From Perkinsus olseni (lineage: Eukaryota): a stretch of 20,000 bases of DNA. The translations under genes were made by a program, and so were the position numbers. The stretch is from positions 56,136 to 76,135 of the forward strand of contig JABANN010000091.1 of the NCBI GenBank assembly GCA_013115125.1, read 5' to 3'. Shown here one piece after another: positions 10,801 to 20,000 of this stretch (position 1 is its first letter; each line of letters starts with the position of its first letter). The notes under the pieces were generated by a model. That model was not told the origin of the DNA and did not search any database. It saw only the letters and a program-made list of their open reading frames with translations.

Positions 10801-11910
10801 CTACGATGTTTGCATTGAGAAGAGCATCAAATTGTTATGTATCAATCGCTGTGTTCAGCAGGACACCTCCTCTGAGACTTTCCTCACGCCCGCATTGGAT
10901 AGAAAAGAGAAACAACGAAGCTCTGAACTTGGCCCTTACCCGACAAAATTAAAGCAATAGTAAAGCAGCAGCAAAGCATACGAACCAGGAGCCCAACTAA
11001 GACGGTCCACTAGGATCGAACAGCTCTTACGGCCGATGATGTCCTCCGGTGATGCAGCCCTCACGAGTTCAATCGCTGCACTCTCCGAGAAGCTCAGACA
11101 CTCAGCCGGGGGGCCGCAACCTTCCTCACTGGTGTCACCATTCCGTATCACCACTTTGCGAACTCGACTATCTTCACCACTATCGAATAGAGTCACACGG
11201 AGGAAGTAACTGGCAGAGTAAATGCCTCATTACCCGAGCTGGCCGACCGTAGTCTCATAGTCAGAGGCTCCATTGGCCAGGGTCGTCGTGTACGTGAAAC
11301 CAGAGCGGTCTGTCCGCCTTTTCACAGCGCGCAACGGCGGAAATTGTTCACACAACAGCCGAGGGTCTCAGAGTCAGAACCGGAATTGTCAGAGTTGAAA
11401 TTTCCACGGACAAAACCTAACAGACTTACTCGTTGTCAGTAGCGTTGCCATCGTCAATCAGCTCCACACACTCTCCTGGAGCTTCTACGAAAATATTGCA
11501 GCGGCTAGCAACGGCGTCTTCGACCTCTGACTCGGAAGAGCTCTCCTCAACGACGTGTGACTCTTCTTCGTCTTCAAAGGCGACCTTCCTTTCGGGTGAG
11601 CCGCCAGAGATGGTGTCAGAGATTGATGACCAGCTGTTGTGTGAAGACGCTGTGACGGGACGAGCTGTGGGGTTGGACATGAAGCAATGGAGCCAGTCAA
11701 AGACCTCGAGCTTCTACTGGCAAGACAGAAAGGGTTGCAGACCGTTCGAGAGACGGTGGCTGCTGTTGGTAGCCAAGCATTGAGCTCCTCCTCAGTCACA
11801 GAAAATGATCCTGATGATGGGTTATGACCATAGCGGTGCGGTGTCACAAAACAAGGGTAGTCAGCGGCTGTGAGAAACCGCGAACTCAGCAAAGGGGGGT
11901 ATGGGAGAGC
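7872..11910 (-). CDS. Glycerophosphodiester phosphodiesterase (GDPD domain, GDE1/GPCPD1-like), multi-exon, with a long N-terminal region; 5' end uncertain (may extend past the gap)
   Basis: Motifs occur in order across exons: IIGHRGIGSDEQGSRIRENTLLAFNQAAKYGANA|VEFDVFLTSDKQPMVYHD ... LPTLRCVLEGTPNSLGALVEIK|YPTP...RNTVVDVILQDV ... FSSFDPELCVTLRRKQARFPVIF ... AIDFCVATGLTGI...DLLL|YTYGEENSTVEGVDTQIRRLGVDGCIVDNI. Phase-consistent introns include 8044..8096 and 9087..9370. Confidence 0.9.
9084..9345. repeat. Intronic ~31-32-bp minisatellite filling most of a 284-nt GDPD intron
   Basis: Unit approximately AGTACAAGCTAGAGATATCTAAGGTCGAAGCA, with about 4 good and several diverged copies. Confidence 0.9.
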
Positions 11911-11971
11911 CCCTAACTGAGCACATCGGTGCTAGTCTAACTAAGCCAGCGTAGGACTATAAACTCACGAT

Positions 11972-12420
11972 AGGAAAGAACATTGAGACTAGCTTTAGTC
12001 AATCAAGCTAGAGTAGTGTGAATCAAGCTGAAGTGGACCGATGCCGAGGGCGGTTCCGACGTTAGTCTATACACTTACACACACGAGGAAAGAACATTGA
12101 GACTAGCTTTAGTCAATCAAGCTAGAGTAGTGTGAATCAAGCTGAAGTGGACCGATGCCNNNNNNNNNNNNNNNNNNNNNNNNNNNNNNNNNNNNNNNNN
12201 NNNNNNNNNNNNNNNNNNNNNNNNNNNNNNNNNNNNNNNNNNNNNNNNNNNNNNNAGCCGAGGGCGGTTCCGACGTTAGTCTATACACTTACACACACGA
12301 GGAAAGAACGTTGAGACTAGCTTTAGTCAATGAGCGAAATCATGAGAATTCGGGACTGAATTTCCGATCTGAATATTGTAGCGGTAGGATATGAAGTGCA
12401 TGACCGATGCCGAGGGCAGT
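11972..12420. repeat. 114-bp tandem repeat spanning an assembly gap
   Basis: The unit starts AGGAAAGAAC(A/G)TTGAGACTAGCTTTAGTCAAT at 11972, 12086 and 12300. The last copy is degenerate. Confidence 0.85.
12160..12255. other. Assembly gap (96 N)
   Basis: Run of N. The left side ends ...ACCGATGCC and the right side resumes AGCCGAGGGCGG at the same point in the repeat unit. Confidence 0.99.
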
Positions 12421-13185
12421 TCTTCAAGCTCATCAGTCTCTTGATAACAAGGGAGATTCTTTAACACCCTCAGGAATGTTAACCACCGCCGCCTGAGTTA
12501 GTCGAAAGGGATTAACTCGTGACTTCACCAGTGTCCTTGTACAGGATAGACTGTCGAGAACGACATCGCCAAGGCTGACGTGTTCTCATTTCGAATGCAG
12601 GCCCTGCATGATCACGACTGATTGGACTTGAACTCAACGCTACAAAATTGAGAGACTCCATTAGACCAGAAACCGTCCCCAAAAGATACGCTCTTTAGCA
12701 TGACTAATGAGACCTGAGAGATGACTTGCCAGGAGAGCATTGTCGATCTTGAAGGGCGGCGAATCACCTAATAATTTACCGACTTAGCGGTCCGCTAATA
12801 ACGGACGACGAGTATGAAGATAAGACTAGCGAACGCAGCATGGACCCCACTGAACCGGAGTCCTCCCACGGTACTAACGATCAGGACAAAAACGATTCAA
12901 CTCCGCGTTCGAGGGAAAGATACTGGGATAGACAAATCACGACATGACAGAATTGATCTTCCATTTTGGAGGTGATGAACCTTCATTGTCCAAACAGCAG
13001 ACGACGACATTTTCCCTTAGACACAGAATCGGTGTTGTTGAACACTGCAGAAAGCAGCAATGCTAATACTAGGCCTTCTCGGAGAAGGAGCGAAGCTAGC
13101 ATCATTCGCGCAACCTACCCAACAAACGCGTAAGTTTCCGAGTAGTATCAAACAAGAACGGAGAGCTCGACCTTTCGTCTCCATA

Positions 13186-14903
13186 CTAGGCACTAATATA
13201 ATCTTTATCTTGAACTACAGACTCGGCGGACTTGTCACTGAAGGAATTCTTCTCATATTCCTTAGAGACCTTCTTCCTTTGCAACCACCTCTCGAGTGGG
13301 GATCCAGAGGTCGCTGATGTGTCATCGCCGTCGGCAAAGATACGCTCATTCATCCTTGCATTCGGAATCAACCACAGAAAGAAGAGCGATGTGACGCTGA
13401 TTCCTATCAAAATCAAGGACACGATCCATAGGTTGTCGAATGTGGCCGATTCATCGACGCCAGGCAGGCCTCGTGGGACAACTCCAAGTAGGTCACTGAT
13501 GTAGCCCGAGATGGGGGGAGTGACGTTCTGGCTGTAGTTAGACAAGGACGCCAATAGAGCGAACATGGTGGCTTCCATGTTCTTCGGGCACAAGTGGGAC
13601 AGAATGAGAAATCCCGGCATGAACTGAATGATAGAGACCGCGGACACCAACGCGGTGCTGCCAATGACAAAAACCTCATCCGGTATCCCTATGCGGACGT
13701 TGAGGCGTGAGAAGACGATAGGGTCTCCCAGTTGCAGAACGATCAGCATCACGGTCATCGTCCAGTACACTGTGCGATACTTCCAGTTTTTCATGAACTT
13801 TCCAAAAGCAAAAATGGCAAGAACGGAGCAGAGCTGGCCGACTGTCCCCAAGACTGAGCCGTAGAATATATCGGAGAAGTGGGGACCGGCGGGGTACTGC
13901 TGCTCATCGTTGGTGAAGAAGTAGATAGAAGGACCACCAACGGAAATTATGGTAACTTGGGATATGGCGTTGAAAAGCATAAGCTTCCCAATCACCGGTT
14001 TCATGACGCAAAAAGCACCGCCAGTGAGAAGTGTGACAGTCAAAATGGCGGTGACGAAGGCGGCCGTATTAGACTGAGCAGCCAAGGTGATTACAGAATA
14101 CCCGACTGCCGTGAGCCCAACGACGACGGACAGGATGGCGACAGCCTTCTGACCGCCCCACAGATGCTTGCGGTGGGCCTTGGCTTCCTCCTTGGTCACG
14201 CGGCTTTCCTCGAAGAAGTTGAGGCACGCTGGTATGATGACTGTTGAGGAAGTGAAGATTGTGGTCAGCACAGCCCACTGGGCGCCACCCAGCCCCCAGA
14301 CACCGTCGGCATACTCGACGATGAAACCGACAAGGAGGGTGGCGATCAGACCCAACAGCTGGTTCCAGCCCAGACATAGCTGACAAGGGCCGGCCCTGAA
14401 TCGGGAACGCCGGCCAAACGGCGAGAGTACACGGCCTCGGCTAGCAGATCGTACCCCATCAGTTGCAGATTTGCCATGAAAAACCCAACCGTCGCGATCG
14501 GGGCGTTACTTTCTACCAGCTCGAGAGACGCCGTGAGAATCGTACCACCCAGACCGAGGAGGCTCAGTATCATCATATACGGGAGCTTATGGTAACCGAA
14601 TATGGGGAGGGAATCCGAGATGACCCCCAACCACGGCTTCATCGCCCAAGGCATGAATATGACTGAGAACAAGCGGTCAATGTCCGGGCCATTGACATTC
14701 ATAGCACGGAAGTAGAAGCGAACACTCGAAGCCAGCATGACGTAGCTGTAGCCTTTGGCCCAGTGGTTCGTGAAGTGCAGCAACAAAATTAGTTTCCATC
14801 CAAAATGCTTGCACAGCATCGAGATCGCCCCGACCACGGGGATCTTCTCGATCAGGCTTGCTCGAGCTGCGGAAGTCCGGGAAAATGCGGCCGGGAGAGG
14901 CAT
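13186..14903 (-). CDS. BT1/FBT-family folate-biopterin transporter (MFS), intronless, split by a 1-nt frameshift near 14365
   Basis: MPWAMKPWLGVISDSLPIFGYHKLPYM is the BT1 PW..KP..G..SD..PI.GY signature, followed by DLLAEAVYS and SYVWAG. The second frame has MPGFLILSHLCPKNMEATMFALLASLSN and many hydrophobic TM segments. The first in-frame ATG is at 14903. Confidence 0.9.
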
Positions 14904-17083
14904 AGCCGAAAGTGATGACCAACGCCTGCCATTGGGGCGCACGGCACCGCTTATACGTGAGACTTGACTATAGTAGAGGTAGTTGAATCAACACTGGGAC
15001 CAACCAACTGAGTTGATTTGTCCCAGTGCAGGAAGAGGACGCTGTGAGCATAGCTAACTAGTAGTTAGCTACGGTAGTTAGTCACTACCGAGATCGATTG
15101 ACTCCCGAGTACGCATGTACATAGGCGCGCCGCCGAATATTTGGTTCCCGGCGTCTCGCGAGTGGCTGCACTGACTGCGATCGTGTTCTGTGATTAAACC
15201 ACGACCGCACTGTACGACCGCAGTCATTTCCGATAGCCCGGCTTATGCATACGGCAAACGACGCACCACCGAGCTCCTGTTAAGAAGCGCATACTCGGGA
15301 ATACTGACAGAACCATCATGTGCATGCGTGCAGGGGCTGGTCGCGGGGATGTTGAGCAATGAGTGCTTGATGACATCAAGTTGATGTGACCATTATAGTT
15401 AACGCAAGCCATCGTACATAGTCATAGGTCTCAGTAGTTCTTCACAGTTATAGTTCCGAAGACGTCTGAATCATATTGAGCTAACATTGAGACTTCTTCC
15501 ACCTATTTTTCATATGTTTATGCGTGCTGCTAGCATCGAAAGTATTGCAAGTTTCCAAGTTTTAGCAACGAGTTGCAACAGGGACGTGGGAATAGTGAAG
15601 ACACATTTATGAGAGCGGTGATGTTCTCGAAATCTTCACATTCCATACTTCCGGGTTATCAGTGACCTTGAATACCCGTGGGAGTCGCTCGATTGCGCAC
15701 TTCTAGAGAAGTGTGCCTAACGACAACACCCCCGTTAAACACTGGTGTTATGGGTGCCATGGCGACAACAGCAACTGTTGTCTCAACGGCACCCGTAGAT
15801 GTGTGCAAGCACCCTGACGGCGGGCCGATCAAGAGAAGTTGAGAAGAATCACAAAGAATGCCGCGGATCAAGTCACTCAGAGTCGTGGTCGGGCCGTCGA
15901 TTCATTGTAGCCCTCTTAATAGAAAACAAGGATACCCAAAAGAGCCCAAAACAGCGATCAACCACTACGAGTGCCGATATTGACTGCCAGGGCCTCACGA
16001 TCTTGCGAATTATAGAATAATAACAATTGTGATTCTTGCAATTGACCCTTTGCACGTACTCGCGCGACCCTGCCAAGTCTCCACTAACTGCTGATTCGTT
16101 GGGGACAGCTCAAGCTACTGGTTCGGGCCTCTGGTTATCTACTTATGAGTACCACATCTTCGGGGGGAGGGCACAATTCTGAGATCACTACGAGGCATTG
16201 GTCTTTGCAACCCGACCGCTCAACAACTAAACCTTAGACTTTGAATTTCGAGTATTTGGACCGAGGCCTCCAAGTATTGTTGCGACGTCGTCGAAAGTGC
16301 AACGAAGCAGGCTCAGTCAGCAGACAAGTATGTCGATAATGATGATACTCACGTTACATGAGCTATGTGTAAGCGTCAGCACCGGGCTTTCAGAGGCAAC
16401 GAGGCGAAGAGATGACGAGCATCGAAAGACATGCACGCGACATGACGCGACAGACTTGGACACGCACGAGGGACGGTCACTCTCCCCGGCAGTAGGCTGG
16501 CGGTGCCAGCGTGGATGTTATACAAACTCCAGCCCTGCTAGTGGCCCCTTGACCTCAGGTTCGGTGATCCCGAGCTTCAAGGGCGCCACCAACGTGTAGC
16601 TGGCAGGCTCGTGCGCATGCCGAATGCGCATTGTCCCATGGGAGAGTCTCATTGTCTGCTGCCGTCACTGCGTGCAGGCACATGGACGGGATAGGCTGCG
16701 CGCAGAAATACCGGGCGCGGGACTCGAACTTGGGTCTCCGGGCTACCATATTCGTGCCGCGAATTCACGCCAATTTTGGCAGCCGGGAAACTGCCAAGAT
16801 ACTTGTTCATACCTTTGGGCTCGCTCTTTCCGATTTTTTTATCCTTGCGTTGGCGGTGGTAGTGCTTCGGGACCCGAAGCTCGGGTGGTTGCATAAGAGT
16901 CGTCTGCGGCGACTCAACGACACCCATCCGGCGATGACCAGAGTACAACCTGTAGGCTGCAACGTCGATTACCGTGCAAGGCGAGACCGGATTCCGACAC
17001 CTGCCGGATCCTTAATTTGTCGAACGCGGCAACATCTTGCTGGTATGGCAGTACATCTGTACGTATCAACATCCGTACGTATT

Positions 17084-17158
17084 CACATCTGTACGTATAA
17101 ATCGTCGCGCGCCACAAAAAGGTGAGGACAACCTCGCGAAGCAAGGTTGCGTTGCCTT
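17084..17158 (+). repeat. Left copy of ~75-bp inverted repeat
   Basis: 17084-17123 matches the reverse complement of 19883-19922 at 39/40 nt, with a looser match continuing to 17158. Confidence 0.9.
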
Positions 17159-17570
17159 GTGTGTTTCGAGTTGCTTAGCGCAGTCCGTGTAAACTCCTGC
17201 TGACATTTAGAAGATGGGTTCTGTATCACTTTGAGTAGGCCCTACTCAGTAGGGTGTATTCAATATACTGTATTGTGAGCTGACTCTGAAGGACATCTTG
17301 CGCGTTGTGACGTTAAGCAATTCAAGTATCCGCGGCATCCGGTATAAGTCTCCATGACGGCCACCCAGTGTCTCGCACACCACTCTACCTTTCAATTGAA
17401 TTAATTGAATTGATCAGAGAACACTGAATCAACCACGCATTTACTGAAGCGGAACGGGAGCACAATGGTCATCGGACTCTACACGACTTCAACAGAGTTC
17501 GGAAAATGTTCAGGTAGTACAAGCCTAGAATCTATATCGAGTTTCGGGAAGCGACGAGCCTCGTGATCTC

Positions 17571-18044
17571 TCAGACAGCGAAATACATGCTCACGCTGCG
17601 TGAGTCACGCATCATACCCTCATCGAAGTTCGTGGCGGCCACTTGAGACGGAGTGGATTCCGAAAGCATCAGCTCCGTCATGTGCGCCAATACGTGGAGC
17701 CCGCACAGATTACCATCGGCACCCTGCCTCTGCACGCCAAGCCTTATGTACATTCTGTTCGGTCCGAACAGCTCGTTCAGACTCCGTCGGACCGTCTCGT
17801 TCATAAAAAGGTTGAGGCTGTCGACGTAGAAAAGCTGTCCTTGGTGACGAATGGCACCCACAAAATGGCCAGCTCCATTGTTGAGCGGTTGAAGTACAGT
17901 CGACAGGCCCTGTCGGACAGGGTAGACGTCGCCGGGGCGAACTGTCTTGGTGTGCCGTTTCCAAACACCCAAGTTGCCATAGCCGTCCATCTCTTGGGGC
18001 TCCTCCATACTCTCCGGAAACCGACGGTAAAGCAGCAGGAACAT
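17571..18044 (-). CDS. Small clan-CE cysteine protease (Ulp1/SENP/adenain-like fold)
   Basis: Catalytic order His-Asp-Gln-Cys is present: LNNGAGHFVG (His 17865-67), LFYVDSL (Asp 17820-22), VQRQGADGNLCGLHVLA (Cys 17703-05), then NFDEGMMR. There is no intron in the catalytic core. Confidence 0.7.
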   Translation of the reverse strand: MFLLLYRRFPESMEEPQEMDGYGNLGVWKRHTKTVRPGDVYPVRQGLSTVLQPLNNGAGHFVGAIRHQGQLFYVDSLNLFMNETVRRSLNELFGPNRMYIRLGVQRQGADGNLCGLHVLAHMTELMLSESTPSQVAATNFDEGMMRDSRSVSMYFAV

Positions 18045-18464
18045 CCACAAGCCGATGATGCTGCCGACGTTAACAGTCCCGCGTAGTCACGCCACTTCAA
18101 TTACGTATTACGACTGAAACTTCATGTATGTACGAATCGATCTCAACTCAATCAAGCGTTTCTAATAATTAGTAAATTATGAAATTATTCGAAATGAGGC
18201 GTTTCCGATTTCTTTCAGGGGATTTCCGCTCTATCGCCCGTAAAGGTTACTACGGACTATCAATGATAGTCCGTAGTAACCTTTAATAGTGATAGTCTAT
18301 CACATACAGAAAGATTCCTCCCACCACTAAACCCCTAATCACTGTCTATCGCACAACGATACAGCTTTCCATCGCTACAAAACCGCTTCAAGTATTCCGA
18401 AGACCTCAGCCAACTTCCCATTCCAGCCTTCCCCCTCAAATCCGTGGACCCCTCCCGTCCAGTA

Positions 18465-18575
18465 CTACATCGACGACGATGTTCTATGACGATGACGGTC
18501 CCCACTTCTACTGCGACGGCGATGATGTCGATGTCTCTCCTCCTCGTCTCTCGATTGACTACGAGACCTTCCCAT
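18465..18575 (-). CDS. Arg/Ser/His-rich coding segment (possible last exon of the cyclophilin or start of an SR-like gene)
   Basis: Translates as MGRSRSQSRDEEERHRHHRRRSRSGDRHRHRTSSSM*. It is below the ORF-track length cutoff. Confidence 0.35.
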   Translation of the reverse strand: MGRSRSQSRDEEERHRHHRRRSRSGDRHRHRTSSSM

Positions 18576-18658
18576 TAGACAAAACAACGCTGAAAATCTT
18601 GCATACCCTCCCCTAACAGGCTGGGCAAAAACTCGGAACAATAATATCGAATCGAAAC

Positions 18659-19277
18659 GTTAAAATCAGTGATACGCGCCGGGCCGGCGCCGCCGGCTTT
18701 CTGGTCGGCTATCGGGTTCGCATGGATGACGATCTCCTCGATCACCTGAACGGAACATAATACATTTAAGGTTCCCCCGTCATACGCAAAGCGCCGTTTC
18801 CCGAAAAGGTACAAAACGCGAAGTCACTTCGCGGGCGAAACCCGTCGAGTGGGAATTTCGCGATGGGAAGCGTGGACTGCTTTTTTAATGGTGTTTCCCA
18901 TATCACGATTTGTGATTCACGAATGCAGCTCCAGTCCTCAACGGAGTAATCCGCACATCACGCCCAACCCCGTCTCCTCCAGCAAAAACACGGAACTACT
19001 CATGGCTTTCCCGTCCCATTCAAATATGGTCTTATTGTTATATTGTTATCGCTCCGCTATGGCCTGTCGGCGACAGGCTGTCGCGTCACAACCGAGGCCT
19101 TCCAGCACCGCGATCGATAAGAGTAAATTCAACAACCCCTATAACTATAAATCCTTCCCCCTCCCCTGAATTATTATCACAATACCTTGGGTGGGTCAGT
19201 TCTTCTTTCCCACCGGCACTTGCTCGATCTTCAACAGAGTGTCCATCCCGTCTATTAGCCTGCCAAATACCGTGTAC
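18659..19277 (-). pseudogene. PPIL3: 3' exons of a PPIL3/Cyp10-type cyclophilin with an in-frame TGA; upstream exons not seen in the window
   Basis: Exon 19277..19181 reads YTVFGRLIDGMDTLLKIEQVPVGKKN*PTQGI. A probable intron spans 18746..19180, and the next exon reads VIEEIVIHANPIADQK. YTVFG.(V/L)IDG and IHANP are typical of the PPIL3 C-terminus. Confidence 0.75.
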
Positions 19278-19849
19278 CTGAGACGAGCTTTCCTACCAAT
19301 GTCCATCAGTACACAAAATAAGCCACTAAAAAGCGTCATTTTTGACTCCAAGTGAAATCCCGTCAAACAGTTTGACTCAAACTGTTTGACTCAAACAAAT
19401 AACGGGCGTATCTGTCTCATATAACCATGTTGGCTAAACCAACAGCCATTCTCCCTATCCAGCAAACCGTGATACTACCGCAGTCCATCAGTTCTACCTG
19501 AGACATCATTCGTCAGCTCTGGCAAGCCGTGGTTAAGGAGAGTAAAGTCGGTTTTCTGAGGAAAAAAGTAGAATCGTGACTCACGATTCCTCACGATTCG
19601 TGAGGAATGGTATTTCGCCCGCCTTGGATTGAAGTATTGTGAGTTCGCACGGCAGTAGAATGAGAGTGTTCGTAGCTCGGATGTAAGGCTGTTACGCCTC
19701 AAAAAAGTTGACCAAGACCTAGTGGAGTGCGGACCGTAACCCCGTCAGCCCGAAACCCGACTCAGGTCGCCCGAGGGGCGACTAACACAAACTATCGAAC
19801 CCTTCTAACTAACCATGAATGCAACCCACTACACCATATTCACTTACAG

Positions 19850-19922
19850 AAGGCCCCAACCTCGCTGCGCCAGGCTGTCCGTACCTTTTTGTGGCGCGCG
19901 ACGATTTATACGTGCAGATGTG
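19850..19922 (-). repeat. Right copy of ~75-bp inverted repeat
   Basis: The reverse complement reads CACATCTGCACGTATAAATCGTCGCGCGCCACAAAAAGGT-ACGGACAGCCTGGCGCAGCGAGGTTGGGGCCTT, homologous to 17084-17158. Confidence 0.9.
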
Positions 19923-20000
19923 GATGTGGCTACATCGAATCTCGACAACCTGTGTTGTCGAAAACGCGCTGTCCAGATGAAGTTGACGCATACTATTGGC

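Noticed and set aside
11808-11850. Hammerhead core CTGATGA
   Set aside because: No GAAA follows a stem II, and the site is antisense to a probable exon.
14940-14985. Relict spliced leader upstream of BT1
   Set aside because: Only TCAAG matches the SL end (CCGTAGCCAT..TGGCTCAAG), which is not significant.
16375-16445. Minus-strand CMSFDARHLFASLPL resembling reverse-transcriptase motif A (SFDV.SLFT.IP)
   Set aside because: A stop follows within a few codons and I found no other RT motifs nearby, so it is too weak to call.
15100-17050. Coding potential in 15.1-17.0 kb, including a Cys-rich stretch KHWCYGCHGDNSNCC
   Set aside because: All frames are interrupted by stops and no family is recognisable.

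Overview
This is eukaryotic DNA of roughly 50% GC with many short (~53-59 nt) GT-AG introns, consistent with a Perkinsus-like alveolate (an inference). Every gene I can recognise is on the minus strand: (1) a kelch-like/BNR (Asp-box) repeat protein; (2) a low-complexity protein starting MGCCTS, a dual-acylation motif; (3) a multi-exon GDE/GPCPD1-type glycerophosphodiester phosphodiesterase; (4) an intronless BT1/FBT folate-biopterin transporter with a 1-nt frameshift; (5) a small clan-CE (Ulp1/adenain-like) cysteine protease; (6) the 3' exons of a PPIL3-type cyclophilin with an in-frame TGA. Genes 5 and 6 lie between two ~75-bp inverted repeats. Apparently non-coding DNA is unusually structured. 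It holds about ten clusters of often chained palindromes with a single-base centre, several tRNA 3'-half-like fragments, two related ~31-34 bp minisatellites, a 114-bp tandem repeat at a 96-N assembly gap, and a dispersed intron-shaped motif. Exon boundaries were read by eye and gene ends are approximate.
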